Shown here in pieces: positions 47,776-55,584 of a stretch of DNA of 64,000 nucleotides. The translations under genes were made by a program, and so were the position numbers. Numbering within the stretch: the stretch's first letter is position 1; the number at the start of each line of letters is the position of its first letter. Origin of the DNA: a candidate division WOR-3 bacterium (GTDB lineage Bacteria > Hydrothermota > Hydrothermia > LBFQ01); NCBI GenBank assembly GCA_039802605.1, contig JBDRWW010000006.1, positions 44,020 through 108,019 on the forward strand, read 5' to 3'. Below the pieces are notes generated by a model that saw only the letters and a list, made by a program, of their open reading frames with translations, ran no database searches and had not been told where the DNA came from.

Positions 47776-48674
47776 AGATATCTTTAAACGGCAAATATCC
47801 CAGAAGCGAGGGTTTGGTTAAAATAACAAGGGATTACGATAGGGGAAGGGTGGATTACGACACCCTTATGGAGGGGTATAGAAGGGATTACGAGGATCTC
47901 TTAAAACTCCAAGAAGGTCTTGATATGGTATCAGATGGTTTGTTAATATGGGATGACATAATAAGACCCATTTCCCAATTCGTTGAGGGCGCGGAAGTTG
48001 GAGGCCTTATAAGGTATTTTGAAACCAACACCTTTGTAAGGAAGATAACATTCAAGGGCAAGGATTTCGTATTTGAACCCGATAAGTTCTTACACTATTT
48101 CCGTTTTGGAAACTTGGCCATACTTCCCGGACCTTATACCCTTTGGGTTTTCTCGGAGGGGTTGGGAATAGAAGATTTGGGGGAAATCCTTGGGAAATTG
48201 GTTAGCAAACTCGTGAAAGCAAATTATGGGTATATTTACCTTCAAGAGCCTGCCTTACCCTTTTACGGTGATAGGGAACACTTCAAGCCTTTTGAAAGGG
48301 CCATTAAAACCATAAGGGAGAACTCCTACGGGGCAAAAGTGATAGTTAATACATACTTTTCGCCTATAAATAAGGTTTTGGGTTTTCTGTTATCCTTAGA
48401 TGTGGATGGAATAGGCTTAGACTTTACATTCAATGACATTGAGGATATAAAAAGGGTTTGGAAATTGGATAAGGGTATGGTTGCGGGTATAGTTGATACC
48501 ACAAACTCTTTAATAGAAACCCCGGGGGATGTTAGGGAGGTTGTTGATGAGATCCTTTCTTTGGATTTACCCTTTGTTATATTTACGGGTTCTTCGGATT
48601 TTGAATTCTTGCCAAGGGAAATTGCGGATAAAAAGTTTGATTTTTTGAAAAGGTTAAAGGAGGTGCTGAAATGA
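47760..48674 (+). CDS. MetE-like TIM-barrel protein lacking the zinc ligands (N-terminal-half-like)
   Basis: 304 aa. It resembles the cobalamin-independent methionine synthase fold (YLQEPALP, VDGIGLDF) but has no HxC / C zinc motif. Confidence 0.5.
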   Translation: MRMEIKISLNGKYPRSEGLVKITRDYDRGRVDYDTLMEGYRRDYEDLLKLQEGLDMVSDGLLIWDDIIRPISQFVEGAEVGGLIRYFETNTFVRKITFKGKDFVFEPDKFLHYFRFGNLAILPGPYTLWVFSEGLGIEDLGEILGKLVSKLVKANYGYIYLQEPALPFYGDREHFKPFERAIKTIRENSYGAKVIVNTYFSPINKVLGFLLSLDVDGIGLDFTFNDIEDIKRVWKLDKGMVAGIVDTTNSLIETPGDVREVVDEILSLDLPFVIFTGSSDFEFLPREIADKKFDFLKRLKEVLK

Positions 48675-49831
48675 TTAAGCCCCTTTTAACGCATGAAATA
48701 GGTTCCCTTGCAAAGCCAAATTGGAGGGTTAAGGCCATAAGGGGGATAAGGTTAAACGATGATGATATAGAGTATGCAAAGAAATGGGGGGATTTTTTAA
48801 AGGAGGATTACGGGGAGCTCCTGGATATTTTGAGAAGGAGGGGGGGTTTTACTCAGGAGGAAAAGGAGAAGATAATTTATTATTCTTCCCTTTTTGCAAC
48901 AAGGCTTTTGGAAAAGGCGGGTTTGGATGTGGTTTTTGACGGTGAGCAACACAGGGTTGAGATGTACGAACATCCCGTTAAAAACATAGAAGGGTTTAGG
49001 TTTTACGGCCATGTTAGGAGTTTTGATAACAAGTATTACAGAAAGGCGGCCATTACGGAGAAACCTAAACTCAAAAAGTTTTACCATTTAGATGAATACA
49101 AAACCATATCCTCCTTTGCCAAGAAAGATGTTAAAATTCCCTTAACGGGTGCATACACTTTGGTTGATTGGTCCTTTGACGAGTATTACCTTAAAGGGGT
49201 TGAAATAGGGGTTAAAGGTGTGGTTGAGAGGCGTAAGAGGGCGAGGTGGGAGTTTTTAAAGGATATTTCCGAGAATGTTATAAAGCCTAACATAAAGGCT
49301 TTAATAGATGAGGGGGCGAAGTTTATACAGATAGACGAACCCGCGGCAACCACAAAGAGGAACGAGATAGATATATTCGTGGATTCCGTAATTGCATCCG
49401 TAGGAGAAAATAAGGGTAAAGCGTTTTTTGGTATGCATATATGCTTTTCCGACTATTCCCTATTGTTTCCGGAGATAAAGAGGTTAGAGGGTTATATTAA
49501 CGAGTTGCATTTTGAGTATGCAAACAGGGATACAAAGGAGTTGGGGGTTTCCGAGGGTAAGAGGAGGGGTTATGAGATACTAAAAACATTAAAGGATTAC
49601 AATTTTGTTGTTGGACTTGGTGTTTTGGATGTGCATACGGACTTTATAGAGCCTGCGGAATTGATAAGGGATAGGGTTCTTTTCGCATTGGAAATAATCC
49701 AAGACACTAATAGAATCTTTGTTGCCCCGGATTGCGGTTTGAGGACGAGGACATGGGAAGTGGCCTATGAGAAACTTTGTAGGATGGTTGAAGGGGTTGA
49801 AATGGTTAAGGGCAAGTTAAAGGTGGGATAA
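48671..49831 (+). CDS. core (single-barrel) cobalamin-independent methionine synthase MetE-like protein
   Basis: 386 aa with THEIGSLAKPNW, IQIDEPA, and putative zinc ligands in HICFSDY, HFEYAN and APDCGLRTR. Confidence 0.75.
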   Translation: MIKPLLTHEIGSLAKPNWRVKAIRGIRLNDDDIEYAKKWGDFLKEDYGELLDILRRRGGFTQEEKEKIIYYSSLFATRLLEKAGLDVVFDGEQHRVEMYEHPVKNIEGFRFYGHVRSFDNKYYRKAAITEKPKLKKFYHLDEYKTISSFAKKDVKIPLTGAYTLVDWSFDEYYLKGVEIGVKGVVERRKRARWEFLKDISENVIKPNIKALIDEGAKFIQIDEPAATTKRNEIDIFVDSVIASVGENKGKAFFGMHICFSDYSLLFPEIKRLEGYINELHFEYANRDTKELGVSEGKRRGYEILKTLKDYNFVVGLGVLDVHTDFIEPAELIRDRVLFALEIIQDTNRIFVAPDCGLRTRTWEVAYEKLCRMVEGVEMVKGKLKVG

Positions 49832-49841
49832 TCTTCCCCAT

Positions 49842-49847
49842 TATAAT
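49842..49847 (+). promoter_or_regulatory. -10 box TATAAT, 11 nt upstream of ATG 49859
   Basis: TATAAT-ATCCTCCTTCA-ATG. Confidence 0.4.
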
Positions 49848-49858
49848 ATCCTCCTTCA

Positions 49859-50125
49859 ATGCTCCGTTTGATACTTACCCTACTAATTCTTGTGGTCAAC
49901 CTTTTCCTATCAAATTTTCATATACACAAAACGGTTTACGAACCCCAAAACTGCCCGGCCTATGTCTTAAATAACTACATACCCCAAACATTTGAACCCC
50001 CACAACCCGTTTTTGAAAGCTTGGGGGAATTTTTTGAGGTAAAAAACTTTAAAGAAAATTACACATTTTGGCATTTAAATGTTCCGTCCGTATTAAATGT
50101 GCGCTCTCCACCCCATAAGGTTTAA
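49859..50125 (+). CDS. small membrane-anchored hypothetical protein
   Basis: 88 aa with an N-terminal TM MLRLILTLLILVVNLFL. TATAAT lies 11 nt upstream of the ATG. It sits directly upstream of a TonB-dependent receptor gene. Confidence 0.4.
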   Translation: MLRLILTLLILVVNLFLSNFHIHKTVYEPQNCPAYVLNNYIPQTFEPPQPVFESLGEFFEVKNFKENYTFWHLNVPSVLNVRSPPHKV

Positions 50126-50189
50126 CCTCTTTCAATCTTTAAGAAAAATTTAAAAAACTTAAAGGTTTAAGGCAAAAAGGAGGTGAAAA

Positions 50190-51977
50190 ATGATATGGAT
50201 AATAATAAGCGATGCTTTTGCAAAGGTTTGCGTTAAGGATGAAAGCGGAAGGCCCGTTTATGGGGCTTATGTTAGGACAAAAAGGGATTGGGAATTGACC
50301 GGAGAGGATGGGTGTGTAAATATAAAAAGGGATGACAGCCTTTTTGTTAGTAGGGTGGGGTATAAGACATATAAGGGTGTTTTTAAGGAGGAAATACTTT
50401 TACAATCCTCCCCAATAATATTACATCCCGTTGAGGTTTCCGTTGAGGGGTTTTCCCAACTCTCAAAAATACCCTTTCACATATCAACACCGGAGGATTA
50501 CTTTAACATATACGAGGCGGGGGTTAGCGCATACGGGCCCCCATCTTTAACTAAGGTTAATATAAGGGGATTTGACAGGAAAAGGTATGAGGTTTTACTT
50601 GATGGTTTTGTCATATCGGATGAATCGTCATCGGAGGACCACCCTTTGGGTATTTTCCCCACCAACGAAGTATTGGGTGTAATTAAGGGTTCTGCTGGGA
50701 GTATATTCGGAGGGAATTCCTTGGGTGGTGCGTTAATACTTGAAAATCAAAAACCCGACAATGGTTTAACCTTTAAACCAAAAATAAACATAAGCAATCT
50801 TGGATTTTCTTTATCCGGGGAACTCTCATACGGAGGGGAGAGATATGGGGCCCTCATTTCCGGTGCTTTTAGGGGATTGGGTGATTACATTGAAAACTCT
50901 TGGGATACTACTATAAACATTAAAGGTGGGCTTTATTACGGTGGATTTTCCGCATACGGGTATTATAAAGATCAGGTTTTCGGAATACCCCTTGAAGAAT
51001 CTTACTCCCATAACAAATTCACAATGCTTTACGCAAAGTTTAAAGGTCTCGGATTTTCGTATCAGAACCTTGACCAAAGGGAATTTGAGGAAGAGGAAGA
51101 AACCGTTATCAAACAAGAAAACTTTCAGGGTATATATTCAACCGTATGGGACAGATTGGGCTTATATCTAAGGGGGTTTTACGGCAGGTTTCATACGGGG
51201 GACAGCCTTAGGTATATTTTCTCCTCCCTTAGGTATGTTTTAATACAAAGGGAAATTTATGAAATTATTGGAGGCTTAAACTTTCAGTTTGGGAACCACC
51301 CCTTTATATTCGGTTTCCTCATAGGCGGAAACTATGATATAAACAACCTATTCATTTCCGGAACGATAAGCAAATCCTCCCGTGTTCCAGACCTTTATGA
51401 AAGGTTTTTTGTGGGATACCATCACGCCCTAGGTAGGTATGATATAGGAAACCCCGATTTAAAGCCCGAAAACTCATACGAAGGACAAATTGGTATAACC
51501 ATTAACATAAAAAACATAATCCTATCCACAAACGGATACTACAACAGGGTTTATGGGTATATCTATCCCAAGAATATCAAGGCGGATACATTTAAGTGGG
51601 AAAATGCGGAATATGTGGATTTTAGGGGTTTAGAGTTTGAATCAAAGGTTGTAATCGGAAGGGGCATTTTAACATCAAGCATTACAATACCCAACAACCG
51701 GTTATACAACGGCGATAGTGTTCCGTACTCCCCAAGGCCCGAAATATCCTTAGGCGGTGAAATAAACCTTTTCGGATTAACATTTAAACCCTTTTACAGG
51801 TGGAACTATGCGGGTTTTAGCATAATAAACATATCCGTCTTAAAAAACCTTGGGAAATTCCAAATATCAACGGGTGTTAATAACCTCTTAAACGAGAACT
51901 ATATAGAACCCACATACCCAAGACGAATACCCCAACCCGGAAGGCTGTTTTTCCTCAACCTTTCCGCCTCAATCTGA
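50190..51977 (+). CDS. TonB-dependent receptor (CarboxypepD_reg-like N-domain, plug, compact barrel)
   Basis: 595 aa with VCVKDESGRPVYGAYV...VSRVGYKTYKG, the plug NIRGFDRKRYEVLLDGFVISDE, and a barrel with YERFFVGY...GNPDLKPE. The SD GGAGGTG is at 50179-50185. Confidence 0.75.
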   Translation: MIWIIISDAFAKVCVKDESGRPVYGAYVRTKRDWELTGEDGCVNIKRDDSLFVSRVGYKTYKGVFKEEILLQSSPIILHPVEVSVEGFSQLSKIPFHISTPEDYFNIYEAGVSAYGPPSLTKVNIRGFDRKRYEVLLDGFVISDESSSEDHPLGIFPTNEVLGVIKGSAGSIFGGNSLGGALILENQKPDNGLTFKPKINISNLGFSLSGELSYGGERYGALISGAFRGLGDYIENSWDTTINIKGGLYYGGFSAYGYYKDQVFGIPLEESYSHNKFTMLYAKFKGLGFSYQNLDQREFEEEEETVIKQENFQGIYSTVWDRLGLYLRGFYGRFHTGDSLRYIFSSLRYVLIQREIYEIIGGLNFQFGNHPFIFGFLIGGNYDINNLFISGTISKSSRVPDLYERFFVGYHHALGRYDIGNPDLKPENSYEGQIGITINIKNIILSTNGYYNRVYGYIYPKNIKADTFKWENAEYVDFRGLEFESKVVIGRGILTSSITIPNNRLYNGDSVPYSPRPEISLGGEINLFGLTFKPFYRWNYAGFSIINISVLKNLGKFQISTGVNNLLNENYIEPTYPRRIPQPGRLFFLNLSASI

Positions 51978-52386
51978 AACCGAAGGGTAATAATTCCCCG
52001 AGCTTAACCCTTTTAAACCCGTTGTATACCTCCGTATCGCCTTCCCCAAACTCCCACATAACCTGCCTGCAAGCACCACATGGATAAACCTCAACCAATT
52101 CACCCTTAAAAGATGCCACCAAAACTACCGCCAAAAGTTTTCTATAACCCTCGGAAACCCCCTTAAAAATCGCCACCCTTTCCGCACAAACCGTTAAACC
52201 ATACGATGAATTCTCAACATTCACACCAAAAAACCTTTTAACATCCCCCTCCCCATTCTCCATAATTGCACAACTCGATACTAAGAACCGCGAGTAGGGG
52301 GCATAGGAGTTTTGTAAATTTTTTACCACCTCTTGAAAGATGTCCTCAAAGTTCAATCTCAAAATCCCCCCTAAAAGAAAAACCAA
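51955..52386 (-). CDS. cdd: cytidine deaminase
   Basis: 143 aa with zinc motifs CAERVAIF and PCGACRQVMWEF. The start is uncertain (52386, or TTG at 52356). Confidence 0.85.
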   Translation of the reverse strand: MVFLLGGILRLNFEDIFQEVVKNLQNSYAPYSRFLVSSCAIMENGEGDVKRFFGVNVENSSYGLTVCAERVAIFKGVSEGYRKLLAVVLVASFKGELVEVYPCGACRQVMWEFGEGDTEVYNGFKRVKLGELLPFGFRLRRKG

Positions 52387-53143
52387 AATCCGGCTGGTAG
52401 GATGAACCTAAGGAAAAGGAGTAGTTTTTCCTCTTAACCTTTACACCTAGCCTAGGAAAACCGTCCAAGAATCCGCCAAGTATTGCAAAATAAGGGGTAT
52501 CAAAGGATAAGGATACAAATCCGTCCCTTTTGAGTTTAAACCCCCTACCGTCGGGGGAAAAGGCTCCGCCGAAACATAGCATTGCTATACCATTCCTTAA
52601 TGATACCCTTAAATCCCCCTCGGGGAGTGCAAACTCCTTTTTTCCGGTGCCCCATATAACGGGTGATGTTAAAACATTGTTTATGGAAAAAAATGTTAAA
52701 ATGTTTTTTCCCAAATATCCACCGAAAACATCAAAACCCCCACCGCTTCCCCAATCGCTCAAAAACTTTGCATATATAAATTTCCCCTTAAACCCGTAAA
52801 CAAAATCCCCCTTGGTTCTTTGAGTTCTAAAAGAAACCTTTCCCGCCCAAAAATTACCCCTACCTATGACTTCGGGTTGATTATCGGACGATGGTGGCTT
52901 CGTGGTATCGGGAAGGCGGGTTATTAAAACATCCCCAGACCTATAAATTACACCCTCCAATGCGGAGCTTTTATAAGATAATATTCCTCCACCGTAAAAG
53001 TCTCCGGGAATTATGCCCGAGGATATACCCAAGTTAAATCCATCTTTTTGTTTAAGCCCGTATGGGCTTTCCCCAAAAATTGCCGTTTTTGATGTGAATT
53101 CAACAACATTATACTGAAAATTTACGAATTCCAAGGCAAACAT
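52346..53143 (-). CDS. putative outer-membrane beta-barrel protein, unknown family
   Basis: 265 aa with Gly/aromatic alternating beta-strand character and no family recognised. It is similar in size and flavour to ORF 63003-63797. Confidence 0.45.
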   Translation of the reverse strand: MFALEFVNFQYNVVEFTSKTAIFGESPYGLKQKDGFNLGISSGIIPGDFYGGGILSYKSSALEGVIYRSGDVLITRLPDTTKPPSSDNQPEVIGRGNFWAGKVSFRTQRTKGDFVYGFKGKFIYAKFLSDWGSGGGFDVFGGYLGKNILTFFSINNVLTSPVIWGTGKKEFALPEGDLRVSLRNGIAMLCFGGAFSPDGRGFKLKRDGFVSLSFDTPYFAILGGFLDGFPRLGVKVKRKNYSFSLGSSYQPDFGFSFRGDFEIEL

Positions 53144-54084
53144 TACTCGTATGCGGACTTCAAAATATAAACCACAACATCCTCATAAGACAAACCCATA
53201 TGCTTGGCCTCCGCGGGCAGGTCTGAGAGTTCCGTCATCCCAGGTATTGTGTTTATTTCAAGGGCGAAAACATCCCCATCCGTTGCTATGAAATCAACCC
53301 TTGAAAATCCTTTACAATCGATTTCCCTATGCAATAATAGAGCGGTGTCCTGCGCCTTTTTGTAAAGTTCCTCTGGCAACTCGGCGGGTATTATAAACTC
53401 GGTTTCCCCCTTTGTGTATTTTGCAACATAATCGTAAAACTCCCTTTTTTTTACCCTCAATTCAAGGATGGGTAGGGCAAAAGCGTTCCTTCCCGTTCCC
53501 AAAACCCCAACCGTTATTTCCTTACCCTTGATATACTTTTCAACGAGTGTATCCCCGAAGGTTTTTAGGTTTTCTTTCAAAGCATCCCTTAAATCGTCCG
53601 GATTTTTACAAATCTTTGTGCCCACGGATGAACCCTCACGGCGGGGTTTTATTATTACCGGATAACCAACCCTTTCCGCGAACCCAAAAGCTTTATCAAT
53701 TCCATCGTAATCCCTTATTAAGACAAAATCCGGAACCCTTACGCCCAAACCCCTACAAACCAGTTTAAAAATATACTTGTCTATGCCCACCGCACTGGCG
53801 ACGACGCCGGAACCGGTGTAAGGTATTTTCAGCATTTCCAAAAACCCCTGAACCGTACCGTCCTCCCCCGGTCTTCCATGCATCATTATTACCGCCAAAT
53901 CCGGGGGGTTTTGAACAAAATCCCTTATATTATCCCCACAAAAATCCACAATGGGGGCATTTATACCCAGATTTTCCAAAGCCTTTTGCACATTTTTCGC
54001 AGACCTAAAACTAACATCCCTTTCCGACGATTCCCCACCCGCAAGTATTACAACCCTTTTACCCCTTAAATCGTTTATGTCCAT
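53143..54084 (-). CDS. ddl: D-alanine--D-alanine ligase
   Basis: 313 aa ATP-grasp protein with SGGESSERDVSFRS, HGRPGEDGTVQG, IIKPRREGSSVG and EINTIPGMT. Confidence 0.92.
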   Translation of the reverse strand: MDINDLRGKRVVILAGGESSERDVSFRSAKNVQKALENLGINAPIVDFCGDNIRDFVQNPPDLAVIMMHGRPGEDGTVQGFLEMLKIPYTGSGVVASAVGIDKYIFKLVCRGLGVRVPDFVLIRDYDGIDKAFGFAERVGYPVIIKPRREGSSVGTKICKNPDDLRDALKENLKTFGDTLVEKYIKGKEITVGVLGTGRNAFALPILELRVKKREFYDYVAKYTKGETEFIIPAELPEELYKKAQDTALLLHREIDCKGFSRVDFIATDGDVFALEINTIPGMTELSDLPAEAKHMGLSYEDVVVYILKSAYE

Positions 54085-54087
54085 TAT

Positions 54088-55518
54088 TTATAAGGAAAAC
54101 GCCACCCACTTCTTTATTTCGCCACTCTGCAAGAGCATCAAAACCGAACCCTTCTTTTTGGCTTCGGATATGGCCTTCTCGTAATCCTGTATACCCTTTA
54201 TCTCGTAGTCGTTAACCTTTAAAATAACATCCCCGGGTTCTATACCCACGCTTTCCGCAACGCTTCCCGGTTTAACGCTATCAACTATAACTTTTCCACC
54301 GCTTTCCTTAACCGTAATACCTATTTCCCTTGAACTTGCCTTTTCCTCCGTCTTCTCAGCCTTTGTCATAAACTTTTCCGCAGAACCCAATTTAACCGTT
54401 ATAACATTTTCCTTCCCATTCCTAAGAACCTTTACCTTTACACTTTCCCCGGGTTTTTTACTCTGAACATAAGACCTGAGCTGTAAGGAGTTTTTGATCT
54501 CCTTTCCATCAATTTCCACGATTATATCACCCTCTTTTAAACCCGACTTTTCGGCCGGGGAACCCTTAACCACATCCGTAATTATTACTCCATAAGGCTT
54601 TTTGAGTTTAAAGTGTTTTGCTATATCCATATCAACATCCTGCATGTATATACCCAAGTATCCCCTCTCAACCCTTCCCTTTTCTATCAACTGCTCCGCA
54701 ACATTCCTTGCTATGTTTATGGGTATTGCAAAACCTACACCCGCATATTGCCCCGTACTGCTGATTATAGCGGTATTCACACCCACAACCTCCCCCTTAA
54801 CATTTACGAGGGGGCCTCCGGAGTTGCCGGGGTTTATGGCCGCATCCGTTTGCAAGAAGTCCTGAATTGATGGGGCATCACGCATAACACCTATTTCCCT
54901 ATGCTTTGCGCTTATTACCCCCACCGTAACCGTTGAAGATAGACCAAAGGGGCTACCTATGGCCATTACCCAATCCCCAACCCTTAATTCATCGGAATCC
55001 CCCAGCTTTGCAACCTGAAATTCGTCCTTACTCTCAAACTTTAAAACCGCTATATCCGTTGCAGAATCCGTTCCAACGATTTCAACCTTTTCTATTACGG
55101 TCCCGTCGTAAAGTTTTATTGTTATCTTATCCATACCGCTTACAACATGGTTGTTGGTCATAACATAATAGGTATTCCCATTCTTTTTGAAAATAAAACC
55201 CGAACCCAGACTGTTCCTCCTATACTCCCTCCATTGGGGACCGAAGAAATACTCAAAAAAGGGATCCAAGGGTATTTCCACCCTAACCTTACCCGTGCCC
55301 TCAATATTTACAACCGAAGGCAAAACGCTTTCCGCTATATCCGCAAAAGATGGTATTGTTATAGTCGGTGCGTTATTTGGGGTTCTTACGGTTTGTTTTC
55401 CTTTTTCGGAAGATTCAACGGCTTTAAGGTTCTCCGTAATATTGGCCCTTGCGCTTACTATCAATCCCACGAGAATACCAATTATACCTATACTTACCAA
55501 TCCCAAAGCCTTTTTCAT
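54088..55518 (-). CDS. htrA: HtrA/DegP family serine protease with two PDZ domains
   Basis: The catalytic triad context includes TNNHVV, DIAVLK and GNSGGPLVN, followed by two PDZ-like segments. Start set at the MKKALGLVSIGIIG ATG (55516-55518), which has TAAAAT 8 nt upstream. Confidence 0.9.
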   Translation of the reverse strand: MKKALGLVSIGIIGILVGLIVSARANITENLKAVESSEKGKQTVRTPNNAPTITIPSFADIAESVLPSVVNIEGTGKVRVEIPLDPFFEYFFGPQWREYRRNSLGSGFIFKKNGNTYYVMTNNHVVSGMDKITIKLYDGTVIEKVEIVGTDSATDIAVLKFESKDEFQVAKLGDSDELRVGDWVMAIGSPFGLSSTVTVGVISAKHREIGVMRDAPSIQDFLQTDAAINPGNSGGPLVNVKGEVVGVNTAIISSTGQYAGVGFAIPINIARNVAEQLIEKGRVERGYLGIYMQDVDMDIAKHFKLKKPYGVIITDVVKGSPAEKSGLKEGDIIVEIDGKEIKNSLQLRSYVQSKKPGESVKVKVLRNGKENVITVKLGSAEKFMTKAEKTEEKASSREIGITVKESGGKVIVDSVKPGSVAESVGIEPGDVILKVNDYEIKGIQDYEKAISEAKKKGSVLMLLQSGEIKKWVAFSL

Positions 55519-55526
55519 AAGCAAAT

Positions 55527-55532
55527 ATTTTA
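55527..55532 (-). promoter_or_regulatory. -10 box TAAAAT, 8 nt upstream of htrA ATG 55518
   Basis: Minus strand reads TAAAAT-ATTTGCTT-ATG. Confidence 0.4.
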
Positions 55533-55545
55533 AGGCTGAATGATT

Positions 55546-55574
55546 TTTACACAAGAACCCAACAACTTTATAAT
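55546..55574 (+). promoter_or_regulatory. sigma70-like promoter TTTACA-17-TATAAT of the MCP-like/CheY/CheC/TPR/patatin operon
   Basis: TTTACA at 55546-55551, a 17-nt spacer, and TATAAT at 55569-55574. The TTG start at 55585 lies 10 nt downstream with no SD. Confidence 0.55.
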
Positions 55575-55584
55575 ACTTTGAACA

